From the NCBI GenBank assembly GCA_964195405.1, contig CAXMPK010000267.1, positions 6,602 to 70,601 of the forward strand: 64,000 nucleotides of DNA, given 5' to 3'. The notes below the pieces were generated by a model that worked only from the letters and a program-made list of their open reading frames with translations, had not been told where the DNA came from and did not search any database. This DNA is from an uncultured Acidimicrobiia bacterium (lineage in GTDB: Bacteria; Actinomycetota; Acidimicrobiia; Spongiisociales; ZC4RG35). Each line of letters starts with the position of its first letter. Position 1 is the stretch's first letter. The translations under genes and the position numbers were made by a program. This document shows, in pieces, positions 29,803 through 38,883 of this stretch.

Positions 29803-30120
29803 TCAGCCGGATTTAGCTTGTTCGATCCAAGACCTGGCTCGAGCTGCGCTCACTCCAGCCGCCTCTGCTACCGCATCGGGGGAGGCTTCAGCCAAGCCAG
29901 CGACCGTTCCCAATCCTTCAGCAGTGAGACGTTGCGCGAACACCGGGCCGATACCGTCCACGGCATCAACTGGTGCGGAGTCATCGGACGAGCCTGTCCG
30001 GAATGTCGGCGGCACTGGTTCGCGTGAGGTTGCAACCGAGACGAACCGGTCACGCATGGCCCACACCACGGCGGCGACGCCACCCACAAAACCCACCACC
30101 TTGGCCAGCTTCTTGATCAT
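29803..30120 (-). CDS. membrane-anchored helix-hairpin-helix domain protein
   Basis: N-terminal TM segment (VVGFVGGVAAVVWA). HhH-like ..VDGIGPVFAQRL...GLGTVAGLA... Ends 1 nt before the rlmN start. Confidence 0.55.
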   Translation of the reverse strand: MIKKLAKVVGFVGGVAAVVWAMRDRFVSVATSREPVPPTFRTGSSDDSAPVDAVDGIGPVFAQRLTAEGLGTVAGLAEASPDAVAEAAGVSAARARSWIEQAKSG

Positions 30121-30165
30121 GGCCCCAGGCTACATGTCTTCGCGAATGACCTACCCTCCCGGTCG

Positions 30166-31182
30166 ATGAAGGTCGATTTCTACTATCCACCAACACCGCC
30201 GGAAGGCGCAGTTGCCGCGCTCAACCAGGCTGTCGACATGGGCTACGACGGTTTCTTCTCCACCGAAACCCAACACGATCCGTTTCTTCCGCTCGCCCTT
30301 GCCGGAGCCACCGCACCCGATATCGATCTGGGAACGGCGATTGCTGTTGCGTTCCCGCGATCACCGATGGTGACAGCGATGACCGCTTGGGATTTGGCGC
30401 GGATGTCCAAGGGACGATTCCTGCTGGGGTTGGGTACCCAGATCCGACCGCACATCGTGCGTCGTTTCAGCACCGAATGGGGTCAGCCAGGGACCCGTCT
30501 CAAAGATTACATCCTGGCGATGAGGGCCATTTGGGACACATGGCAAAACTCGTCCCCATTGAGATACGAAGGTGAGTTCTACAAGTTCTCGCTGATGACG
30601 CCGTTCTTTGATCCGGGACCCATCGCCCATCCCAATGTTCCGATCTACATCGCCGGCGTCGGGCCTTACCTGAGCGCGCTCGCTGGTGAGGTGTGTGACG
30701 GATTTCATGTTCACCCGTTTCACAGCACCGCATATCTGGACCAGGTTGTGCTCCCCAATGTCGCCAAAGGCGCGGAAAGCAAAGGACGATCTCTCGACGA
30801 CGTGGAGATGGTCAGCACAGTGTTTGTCATGACCGGCCGCGACGATTCCGAGGTCGAGCAGGCGATGGGTGCCATCAAGCAGCAGATCTCCTTCTATGCG
30901 TCAACGCCCTCATACCGTCCGGTCCTCGAGGCCAGTGGCTGGGACTTTGGCGACGAGTTGCACGCCATGTCCAAACGGGGTGAATGGGCCGAGATGGGCG
31001 ATGTGATTCCAGACGAGGCGTTGTTGGAGGTCGGGATAGCTGCTCCGGTGGACAAGCTCGCTCAGGCAATCAAAGAGCGATATGGCGACCGGATCCAACG
31101 GGTCGGGTTCTACACGATCGGTTCCATACTCGACATGGACCCAGACGCCGCCTTTCAGGTGATCGGCGACCTCAAGACTTGA
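30166..31182 (+). CDS. LLM-class (luciferase-like) F420-dependent oxidoreductase
   Basis: Motifs ..GYDGFFSTETQHDPFLPLA.. and ..RF.LGLGTQIRPHIVRRF... A TIM-barrel LLM pattern. Confidence 0.75.
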   Translation: MKVDFYYPPTPPEGAVAALNQAVDMGYDGFFSTETQHDPFLPLALAGATAPDIDLGTAIAVAFPRSPMVTAMTAWDLARMSKGRFLLGLGTQIRPHIVRRFSTEWGQPGTRLKDYILAMRAIWDTWQNSSPLRYEGEFYKFSLMTPFFDPGPIAHPNVPIYIAGVGPYLSALAGEVCDGFHVHPFHSTAYLDQVVLPNVAKGAESKGRSLDDVEMVSTVFVMTGRDDSEVEQAMGAIKQQISFYASTPSYRPVLEASGWDFGDELHAMSKRGEWAEMGDVIPDEALLEVGIAAPVDKLAQAIKERYGDRIQRVGFYTIGSILDMDPDAAFQVIGDLKT

Positions 31183-31203
31183 TCTGTGCTCACAACTGCG
31201 GCG

Positions 31204-32754
31204 TCACCAAACCAGAGCAGTTGTGGTGTCCACGCGAGGGTCTGCGGCCGCTCGGCGCTCACCGTTGTCAAGCTCGATGATCGAGACAGGTCCCCACCCG
31301 GGTTGAGGCTCGGCAAGCTGTTCCACGAGGTGGCCTCGGGTCCTCAGTCCTTCCAGAATCGGTTTTGAAACACCGGGCTCGACGGCGACACGTGAGGGCT
31401 CACTCGGACCAAACTGGCTGATTGCCCACCTCGATGAGGTCTGAGCCTGCTCGAGTGGACTACTCCCGAGAATGGCGCGTCCTGCCACTTGAGCCAGAAG
31501 TTGTGGCTGGACAGCACCACCCCTCGTTCCGAGAAGCCAACGCGGTTGGTCCCGATCGGTCCAGAGAGTCGGCGCCAACGTGTGTAGTGGGCGTTTTCCC
31601 GGTCGCAACTCGTTTGGGTGGCCTGGGGTCAAGGTGAAGCCCAGTCCTCGGTCCTGAAGTAGGAAACCACTTCGGGCTGCCCCAAACGGCGACCCGGTGC
31701 CCCGATAGTTGGATTGGATGATCGACACCGACATTCCGTCGGCATCCGCGACACACAGATAGGCGGTTCCAGAGATTGGGCCCAGGACCGGCCACAGGCC
31801 GGTGCTGTCACGGGAAACGGTTGCGGCTGCACGTACCAGCCGATCACGGTCGAGCATCAGATGGTTGGGAAGAGGGGCATGGTCGGGATCTGCCACGATG
31901 TCGTCCCGCTCCCAGGCGAGACATCGATAGGCCTCGATCAGAAGGTGCCACCACAGTGGGTCCTCGGGATCGTCCGGCGGGTCGAGCATCTCAAAAACTG
32001 CAAGCGTTCCCGGCCCCAGGTAACCCTGACTGTTTGGTGGGATAGTCCACGCCTTGAGGCCGGCCACATCTGCGCCGATCGGATCGATCCACTCTGCGTT
32101 GCTTTTCCCAAGGTCGTCCTTCGTGATCAGGCCCTCCACGGTGTCAACGATATCCTCGCCTGGCAGGCCCAGATAGAAGCCGTCTCGCCCATCTTCAGCG
32201 ATGGAGCGGAGTGTTCTGCCTAGATCGGAGCGCATCAGGCGTTCCCCCTTCGTCACCGGTGCGCCATTTGGGAAGAAGTCGACCACCGCGGGGTTGCCCA
32301 AGTAGATCGAAGCCGCTCTGGAGAATGCGGCGGCCTGTTCTGTGGACACTTCGAATCCATCAACCGCAAGAGCGATAGCGGGCTGAAGAGACTCGCCCAG
32401 AGAGAACGAGCCCAACTCAGTCGAGAGGGTTGCCAAACCGTCAACGCATCCGGGAATAGTGACTCCCAAAGGATGATCTTTGGGAATCTCGCTGTGTCCG
32501 GCGTTCCGCAGATTGGAAGGGTCGGCGTTCGACCCAGAACGCCCCGATGAATTGAGGGCACGGGGCCGGTCCCAGCCGACCTGATGAATCAGCGCAAAAA
32601 GATCTCCCCCGACACCGCTGGTCTCGGGTGCGACCACGCCTTGGGCAGCCACCGCTGCCACTGCCGCATCAACGGCGTTGCCTCCTGCCTCGAGAATTTG
32701 GCGCGCAGCGCGGGCCGAGAGGTGATGGGGTGTGACAACCGCGTTCTGGTTCAA
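31204..32754 (-). CDS. ggt: gamma-glutamyltransferase family protein (no signal peptide)
   Basis: Motifs ..GGNAVDAAVA...A.GVV.P..SG.GGD.F.. and ..GTAYLCVADADG.. (Thr nucleophile context). 516 aa. Confidence 0.85.
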   Translation of the reverse strand: MNQNAVVTPHHLSARAARQILEAGGNAVDAAVAAVAAQGVVAPETSGVGGDLFALIHQVGWDRPRALNSSGRSGSNADPSNLRNAGHSEIPKDHPLGVTIPGCVDGLATLSTELGSFSLGESLQPAIALAVDGFEVSTEQAAAFSRAASIYLGNPAVVDFFPNGAPVTKGERLMRSDLGRTLRSIAEDGRDGFYLGLPGEDIVDTVEGLITKDDLGKSNAEWIDPIGADVAGLKAWTIPPNSQGYLGPGTLAVFEMLDPPDDPEDPLWWHLLIEAYRCLAWERDDIVADPDHAPLPNHLMLDRDRLVRAAATVSRDSTGLWPVLGPISGTAYLCVADADGMSVSIIQSNYRGTGSPFGAARSGFLLQDRGLGFTLTPGHPNELRPGKRPLHTLAPTLWTDRDQPRWLLGTRGGAVQPQLLAQVAGRAILGSSPLEQAQTSSRWAISQFGPSEPSRVAVEPGVSKPILEGLRTRGHLVEQLAEPQPGWGPVSIIELDNGERRAAADPRVDTTTALVW

Positions 32755-33371
32755 GGAGCCTTGAGATCGGGGAGGAGACGGTTGAGGGCATCGAGCACAG
32801 CCCTGACCACGGCTCGGGTCTCGTCGTCTTCGACATATGCCGACCCGATCAACATCCTTTCGCTGTTCTCGGTGACGAGAACCACTTGTGCAATGGCAAC
32901 CTGGCGACTACCGAGAGTCGGTACGTCCATCGACGAGATCGCTGCCGCCGCTTCGGCGTGAATGGCTTGTTTGACTGCTTCGAGGGTGGCTTCGGCAATC
33001 TGCCGCGCTCGCATCGAAGATGCTGCCGCCCCTGAAGACTTCCCCATCAGTAGCGAATCATCCCAGCGCAGGGTGACAGTGACCTCAGCTCTCGAACCCT
33101 CCAGGTTCTCGGAAACGTCAACGAGGGCGGGCCTGATTCCACCGTCGAGGTCGGCGTCAGATAGTTGAACAACCGAAACTACACGTCGATCGATATCGAG
33201 GCCGAACAATGCCGCGCTCAGCGATTGGACGTCGCGGACGACCTGTTTCGCAGCCTTGTTTCGACGGGCGAGCACGTGTATCTCATCGATATGACCGTTC
33301 CCCGCTACCACCCGGGCCGCCTCCACACCATCGATCCGGCTTATCTTTTCCTGGAGTGCAACGACATCCAT
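32751..33371 (-). CDS. hypothetical protein (co-transcribed with ggt)
   Basis: 206-aa protein-like ORF. Its stop overlaps the ggt start by 4 nt. No family recognised. Confidence 0.55.
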   Translation of the reverse strand: MDVVALQEKISRIDGVEAARVVAGNGHIDEIHVLARRNKAAKQVVRDVQSLSAALFGLDIDRRVVSVVQLSDADLDGGIRPALVDVSENLEGSRAEVTVTLRWDDSLLMGKSSGAAASSMRARQIAEATLEAVKQAIHAEAAAAISSMDVPTLGSRQVAIAQVVLVTENSERMLIGSAYVEDDETRAVVRAVLDALNRLLPDLKAP

Positions 33372-33866
33372 TGGCTGCGAAGGGTACCCCCCTGCTAGGC
33401 CCTAATTCCGACTCTGTGGATCATTTCTCTTGTGACAATCGGGCGGAATGTCTAGATTGCAGCATGCTGGAAGGTTATTTCATTGGGGCTGTGGGGCAAC
33501 CGGTCATCTGACCGTTTGCCTACGCCGAAATTATGGCGGGCGTACCCGCCAGTTATGGCGGGCGAAGTCAGGGGCTTTTTGACATGTAAAGGATTCCCGA
33601 CATAGTCGGGAATGGGTGAGCTCGGCGTCCGATTTGGCCTTGTTTAAGTAAACTGTTCGCACATCAACCAAGCGAAGCGGAATGTCACCGTCGGCATGCA
33701 AAGTCGGCAAATACGACATCGAAGGTGAGCGTGCAAGAGGTATGAGGGTCCGTTTGGTCCGAATTCTCGCTGCTGCCGCCAGTCTGAGCGCATTGATTGC
33801 GGTCGGGTCGGCGTCTTCAAGAATCGGCTGACTAAAGGCGCCGACTCACCACATCAATAGGGCAAC

Positions 33867-35276
33867 ATGTCCTCCGGGGTCCCTATGAAGTTGCGGAAAT
33901 ACAAACCAGCACGGAGACGAGGACGTCTCCATCCTTCGGTGCAGCGAAAACTCAGGATCGCTATACCTTATTTTGCGATGGGCTTGCTGGCGCTAGTGGT
34001 TGCGTTGGTTTTCTTTGAGCCACCCAACTGGTTCTTGTGGCTTCCGTTCGCCGCGCTGTTTGTCCTGCTTGAGTTCTTTGCCGTTGAAGTCAATGATCGG
34101 TTGTTGCAGTCGTCATCGATCATGGTGGTGATGACCGCCGGTGTCATCTTTGCGATTATGCCGGGTTCCGATGCCCTCTATGCGATGACTGTGATGGCGG
34201 CTCTTGGAGCCGTTATTCCGGCCGACTTCCGGGAACGTCGTTGGTTCCAACCGATGGCCAACTTTGGTCAACTGGCCCTCTCCGGAGCCGCGGCCGGCCT
34301 GCTGCTCGACTTGAATCTCCGTGAGCTAGATCCGGTGACGAGCGATGTTCTCCTCCGTGTTGTTATTGCATCGGGCCTGGCTTCGTTGGCCTACGTGACG
34401 ATCAACACCATCCTGGTGCGTAAGGCGGTGAAAACCGTATACGGCAACGACAATCTTCAGCCCTGGTCACAAATGCATGTCCTCTTCTCCGGTCAGGTTG
34501 TGATGGGTCTGATCGGGGGGCTCATCGGCGCCGCCTATTTGATCGCCGATCGGCCGGCGGTTCTGGTTTTGATCGTCGGTGTCTACGGGATCGGGCACAT
34601 GTCGTTGTATGCCTTTGCCCAACTTCGTGAGTCACATCTCTCGGCGATCCGCGGGTTTGTCAAGACCCTCGAGGCCAAAGACATGTACACCCGTGGGCAC
34701 ACCGAACGTGTCGCCTATTTCTCACAGATGATCGGTGAGGAGCTTGGGTTCACCGGTACTCAACAGGAGACGGTGAAGTGGGCAGCCCTGATCCACGATC
34801 TGGGCAAGCTTGCCGTCCCCACTGAACTGATCCGGAAGAAAGGACGTCTCGACGACCGGGAGTACGCCGAGATGAAGGAGCACGCCCATCTCGTCGAAGA
34901 GATCCTGGCCGAGGTCGATTTCCTTCAGCCCATGGTCGACATAGCCTCCGGTCATCACAGTCACTATGACGGCAACGGCTATGGAGGGCGTGGTCACAGC
35001 GAAGGTCAGACACCAAGCCTCGAATCTTCCATCGTCGCCGTAGCCGACGCCTTCGACGCGATGACATCGGCCCGCTCCTACCGCATGGCATTGTCGCAAC
35101 AATACGCTTTGGGTGAGTTGCGCAAACACTCAGGCGCCCAGTTCCACCCCGACGTGGTCGATGCCTTCGAAAAGGCTCTCAACAAGACCGGAAGACGATG
35201 GGGTGCCCCACATGTCAACGACGAGGAGATGGCCCGTCGTCTTGCTGAAGAACCGGAGCTGACTCTCCGTGGCTAA
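33867..35276 (+). CDS. polytopic membrane HD-GYP domain protein (putative c-di-GMP phosphodiesterase)
   Basis: About 7 N-terminal TM segments. Then ..RGHTERVA.., ..LIHDLGKL.VP.., ..H.. and ..SGHHSHYDGNGYGG..DA.DAMTS.R.YR. The HD-GYP motif set is present, with GYG in place of GYP. Confidence 0.85.
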   Translation: MSSGVPMKLRKYKPARRRGRLHPSVQRKLRIAIPYFAMGLLALVVALVFFEPPNWFLWLPFAALFVLLEFFAVEVNDRLLQSSSIMVVMTAGVIFAIMPGSDALYAMTVMAALGAVIPADFRERRWFQPMANFGQLALSGAAAGLLLDLNLRELDPVTSDVLLRVVIASGLASLAYVTINTILVRKAVKTVYGNDNLQPWSQMHVLFSGQVVMGLIGGLIGAAYLIADRPAVLVLIVGVYGIGHMSLYAFAQLRESHLSAIRGFVKTLEAKDMYTRGHTERVAYFSQMIGEELGFTGTQQETVKWAALIHDLGKLAVPTELIRKKGRLDDREYAEMKEHAHLVEEILAEVDFLQPMVDIASGHHSHYDGNGYGGRGHSEGQTPSLESSIVAVADAFDAMTSARSYRMALSQQYALGELRKHSGAQFHPDVVDAFEKALNKTGRRWGAPHVNDEEMARRLAEEPELTLRG

Positions 35277-36513
35277 TTGGAATCCCCGCACCCTGGCCGC
35301 GGTTTCGTGGTTGTTCCCTGTGCTGGCCACGGGATTTGGCGTGTTTGCAGGATCTCGAGCCAGTGTGGATCCGCTTCAACTCCTGGTCGCAATTGCTGCC
35401 CTTGTTCTTGCTTCGCTGATCGACGTTGCGACTTCGAACACGGGCAACCGCTTCACCACGGGTTTGGCAGTGGCTGCTGCAATCCCTGTCGTTTTCTCGG
35501 ATCCAAACGGTGTCGATCTAGCCGGAACACTCGCCGTTTACGGTGTCGGGTTGGCCATTGTTTGGGTTCTTCGCTTCTCCCGGGGTGAGGAGCACATCGA
35601 TCTGCTTCCGACACTGGTTCGGCGGTTCAGCGGTTATGTCGCTTATGCCGTTGTCTACTCGGCGATGCGGGTTGGCGTCTTCTCGGCAGTGTCAGGTGGC
35701 TGGGAGGATCTCCTCCCGTTTGCTGTCGCTGTTGTCGCATGGCTGGCAGTCGAGGTGTTCCTGAGGGCAATGCTGATCCTGGGGCCCAGGGAGCTATCAC
35801 GCACATATCTGGCGAGGGCGGTGCTGCACGACCTCAACGTCTTTGTTGGCCTGGCACTTACGGGCGCCCTCTTTGGCGAGCTTTACCAAGATCTCGGATG
35901 GTGGGCCGCGCCGATCGCCTTGCTTCCCTACTCCTTTGCCCATTCGGCCTTCAAGAGATTTCAGGAGACCAAGGTCACTTACAAGCAGACAATTCGAGCT
36001 CTGGCGAGGATTCCGGAAGTGTCTGGGCTAGCGGTCGACGGTCACGCAGACCGAACAACCGCACTCGCCGCATCGATCGCCAAGGAGATGGGTCTGGGAC
36101 CATCGCGGGTGGAAGAAGTCGAATATGCCGCATTAATGCATGATATCGGTCGGGTCAGTCTCAACGAGCCGAATGTGATTCGGATGGGTTACACCGACGA
36201 TGATATTGCTCGGTGGAGTGCGGAGATCATCGCCGAATCGCCTTACCTCGAGCAGGTGGCCGACGATGTTCGCCATCAGTATCAGTCATTCCGAAAGCCT
36301 GGCGAGCAGGACGACCCGGATATCTCGATCATCTCACGCATCATCAAAGTGTCGGCCGCTTATGACTGGAAAGTCCATCAGGATGCCCTGTCGCCTCTCG
36401 AGGCTCTCGAAGGGTTGCATGCCGGAGCTGCCTATGAGTTCGATCCAGAGGTCGTAGCATCACTGCGACGTCTCCTCGAGACACGGGGCGTGCTGATGCC
36501 GGTCCGGATGTAG
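35269..36513 (+). CDS. polytopic membrane HD-domain protein (degenerate HD-GYP paralogue)
   Basis: N-terminal TM bundle. Has ..GHADRTTAL.., ..LMHDIGRV.. and ..KVSAAYD.. but no HHE..DG.GYP segment. 8-nt overlap with the upstream gene. Confidence 0.75.
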   Translation: MANWNPRTLAAVSWLFPVLATGFGVFAGSRASVDPLQLLVAIAALVLASLIDVATSNTGNRFTTGLAVAAAIPVVFSDPNGVDLAGTLAVYGVGLAIVWVLRFSRGEEHIDLLPTLVRRFSGYVAYAVVYSAMRVGVFSAVSGGWEDLLPFAVAVVAWLAVEVFLRAMLILGPRELSRTYLARAVLHDLNVFVGLALTGALFGELYQDLGWWAAPIALLPYSFAHSAFKRFQETKVTYKQTIRALARIPEVSGLAVDGHADRTTALAASIAKEMGLGPSRVEEVEYAALMHDIGRVSLNEPNVIRMGYTDDDIARWSAEIIAESPYLEQVADDVRHQYQSFRKPGEQDDPDISIISRIIKVSAAYDWKVHQDALSPLEALEGLHAGAAYEFDPEVVASLRRLLETRGVLMPVRM

Positions 36514-36534
36514 CAACACCCGAATAGTGGTGCA

Positions 36535-37128
36535 CTAGCTCGATTCAGGACGATTCGCCGATCCTGTCTGGGCATGAGCCCCATGTTTGAAATAGCGTCG
36601 TGGTCGTCGCAATTCGGACTCGAGAAACACACCTAGACCAAGGGCGAGGAAGATGTCGCCAAGACTGATCACCTCGCCGATCCCGGCTAGTCGGAGCGGT
36701 ATGACATCGGCGAAGAATGTCAGCCGTGATGTCTCATCGAGAAGCACATGTTTGAAGCTGCCGGCGAGATCCAGCTCAGCGACGGTGAATCCACTGGCGA
36801 CCTCTGCCGCGCCGGCGAGGACCGGCATCCCGCCGTTGAGTGCGATGACGGTGAAGTTCATCAACACCCCAATCCCTGCGATCCACATGCCAGGCTTGGA
36901 TCGGTTGAACAACACGAGGAACATCAACAATGCGAATGACCCCAAGATCATCACCAGACCAAGTGTCTCGGCGTCCTCCGGAATCCAGCTGGTACCGGCC
37001 TGTAGGCCAAAGGCGATGAAGAGGAGCCACCAGGAGCGAAGTTCGATGTCGCCTAGATTGATCAGCCGCCCGCCACGCAGCATCGATATGGCGAGAGCGA
37101 AGAAGAGGACAATGGCCAGCCACAACAT
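36535..37128 (-). CDS. DUF5317-like integral membrane protein
   Basis: The N-terminus MLWLAIVLFFALAISMLRGGRLINL..L.. plus about 5 TM segments resembles what I recall of DUF5317. Convergent with the HD genes. Confidence 0.55.
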   Translation of the reverse strand: MLWLAIVLFFALAISMLRGGRLINLGDIELRSWWLLFIAFGLQAGTSWIPEDAETLGLVMILGSFALLMFLVLFNRSKPGMWIAGIGVLMNFTVIALNGGMPVLAGAAEVASGFTVAELDLAGSFKHVLLDETSRLTFFADVIPLRLAGIGEVISLGDIFLALGLGVFLESELRRPRRYFKHGAHAQTGSANRPESS

Positions 37129-37326
37129 GGGATGGCGACGGTATCAGAGCCAGGACTCCTAGTGTCCCGAGTCGCAAATCATGCACAGAATCTCGACTGG
37201 CCTCGACGCCCCTGGTGGCGTCCTCCGCCTTGACGCAGCTAAGGCTGCGCCTTCGTTGTGCGTCCTGATCAGAAACGCCGTTGCCTTGTCTAGATCAGCA
37301 CAGACTTCAGGACACGGAGCATCAGC

Positions 37327-38097
37327 ATGAGTGTCAGATATGACGTTTCCAACGGACGGGCGACTGTCACGATCGATGATCCGGAGCGTCGCAATCCGAT
37401 ATCCGTCGACACGATGGGTGGGCTGCTCGAGGCAACCCGTGAGGCTGTCAACGATTCCAACGTCGGGGTCATCGTCTACACCGGGGCCGGCAACCAAGCC
37501 TTCAGCGCCGGTGGGGATCTCGCCGGCTCGTTTGCCGACGACCCGATAGGGCTGCATCGAGCCCGCGGCGACCTTGCCGAGTTGTTTCGACAGATGACAG
37601 GGGGCGGCAAGCCAACCGTTGCCCGTATCAACGGTCACGCCCTGGCAGGCGGTTTTGGGCTGGCGGTAGCTTGTGACATCACGATCTGCGTCGAAGAGGT
37701 CAAACTCGGCATGACCGAGGTCGAAGTGGGGCTCTGGCCGATGATGATTTCGGCAATTCTCGTCCGCACCATACCGCGTAAGGCAGCGTTTGAGTTGATG
37801 GTGACAGGCCGCATTATCGATCCCCATGAGGCGCAACGACTCGGTGCCGTCACTCGGGTGGTTTCCCGTGATGATCTTGATCCGGCTGTTGACGAGGTGG
37901 TCGATTCGCTGCTTGCTAAAAGCCCAGGCGCTCTCCTCATCGGCAAGGACGCATTTCAGGGGATGGCTGAGCTTGACTTCGATACTGCCCTCGATCGGCT
38001 TCAAGGCGGTCTTACCGAAATCACCATGACCGACGATGCCTCAGAGGGGGTCGCCGCCTTTCTGGAGAAACGAGATCCTCGTTGGTCGGATCGGTGA
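37327..38097 (+). CDS. enoyl-CoA hydratase/isomerase family protein
   Basis: Crotonase motifs ..TGAGNQAFSAGGDL.., ..ARINGHALAGGFGLAVACD and ..E...G..P... Confidence 0.85.
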   Translation: MSVRYDVSNGRATVTIDDPERRNPISVDTMGGLLEATREAVNDSNVGVIVYTGAGNQAFSAGGDLAGSFADDPIGLHRARGDLAELFRQMTGGGKPTVARINGHALAGGFGLAVACDITICVEEVKLGMTEVEVGLWPMMISAILVRTIPRKAAFELMVTGRIIDPHEAQRLGAVTRVVSRDDLDPAVDEVVDSLLAKSPGALLIGKDAFQGMAELDFDTALDRLQGGLTEITMTDDASEGVAAFLEKRDPRWSDR

Positions 38098-38119
38098 CCA
38101 GACCCCGCTGACGGCTCTG

Positions 38120-38147
38120 TTGTCCCCGCTTCGGCAATAGGGGACAA
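38120..38147 (+). terminator. hairpin downstream of the enoyl-CoA hydratase gene
   Basis: TTGTCCCC (38120-38127) and GGGGACAA (38140-38147) form a perfect 8-bp stem with a 12-nt loop. There is no clear U-tract. Confidence 0.35.
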
Positions 38148-38178
38148 ATAGAGAATCGTTCGATTTAGCCTTTCTGTC

Positions 38179-38883
38179 GTGCGGCGCAATATTCAAGTCT
38201 TTGGCTGGACGCTCATATGGAGCGGTGTCTTCATATTTGGCTACCTCGGCTACCAGCTGTTCATCACTGACCTCATCAATGCCGGGGTTCAGGCGGAAGC
38301 CGTGGAAGATCTCGAACAAAGCCTTGTCGAAGACGATCCGACCATCGTCGAGGAGATAGATCCTGCTGAATACCTTGGATCCCAGACCTCAGTCCCTCCC
38401 GAGACACCCGAACGAGTCGAGTTTTATCCCCTCGAGGCACCAGAAACCGGTGCGTCGCTGGCTTTTCTTCGTATACCGAAGATTGAACTTGACCAAGTGC
38501 TGTTCGAGGGAGTTGACAGGCAGACTCTCAAGAGCGGCCCCGGCCATATGGAATCAACCGCCCTCCCCGGACAACCTGGGAACTCGGTCCTCTCCGGTCA
38601 TCGCACCACCCATGGCAGACCCTTCTTCGACTTTGATCTCCTGGAAATTGGCGACAGCATCGAAGTCGAGACCGCTGTCGGCGTTCACGTGTACCGAATT
38701 CGCGAAATGAGAATCGTCCAGCCGACAGATGTGTGGGTGACCGATGACCGACCAGGGGGATGGATGACCCTGACCACTTGCAACCCGAAGTTCTCCGCGC
38801 GTGAGCGTCTGGTTGTCTGGGCTGAGATGGTCTCGGGCCCGAACTACCAATTCATCCAGCTCCATCAGGCCAGATTCGGCTAA
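38179..38883 (+). CDS. class E sortase
   Basis: N-terminal TM segment. Motifs ..LRIPKI.L....EG.., ..GPGH...TALPGQPGN.V.SGHR and ..TLTTCNP..S...RL.V.A. Confidence 0.85.
   Translation: MRRNIQVFGWTLIWSGVFIFGYLGYQLFITDLINAGVQAEAVEDLEQSLVEDDPTIVEEIDPAEYLGSQTSVPPETPERVEFYPLEAPETGASLAFLRIPKIELDQVLFEGVDRQTLKSGPGHMESTALPGQPGNSVLSGHRTTHGRPFFDFDLLEIGDSIEVETAVGVHVYRIREMRIVQPTDVWVTDDRPGGWMTLTTCNPKFSARERLVVWAEMVSGPNYQFIQLHQARFG

Noticed and set aside
33531-33719. 62-aa minus-strand ORF inside the long intergenic region.
   Set aside because: It has no RBS and odd composition, and it spans the direct repeats and hairpins. It is more parsimoniously non-coding regulatory DNA.
37129-37326. GTCCTGA...TCAGGAC and TGATCAG/AGATCAG partial palindromes upstream of the enoyl-CoA hydratase gene, which could be a TetR-type operator.
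   Set aside because: The arms are short and imperfect with long irregular spacing. There is no adjacent regulator gene, and the pattern is within chance expectation.
37159-38004. 281-aa ORF on the minus strand.
   Set aside because: It is exactly antisense to a well-supported enoyl-CoA hydratase gene with crotonase motifs. Its translation is Arg/His/Cys-rich with no motif. This is a typical high-GC shadow ORF.
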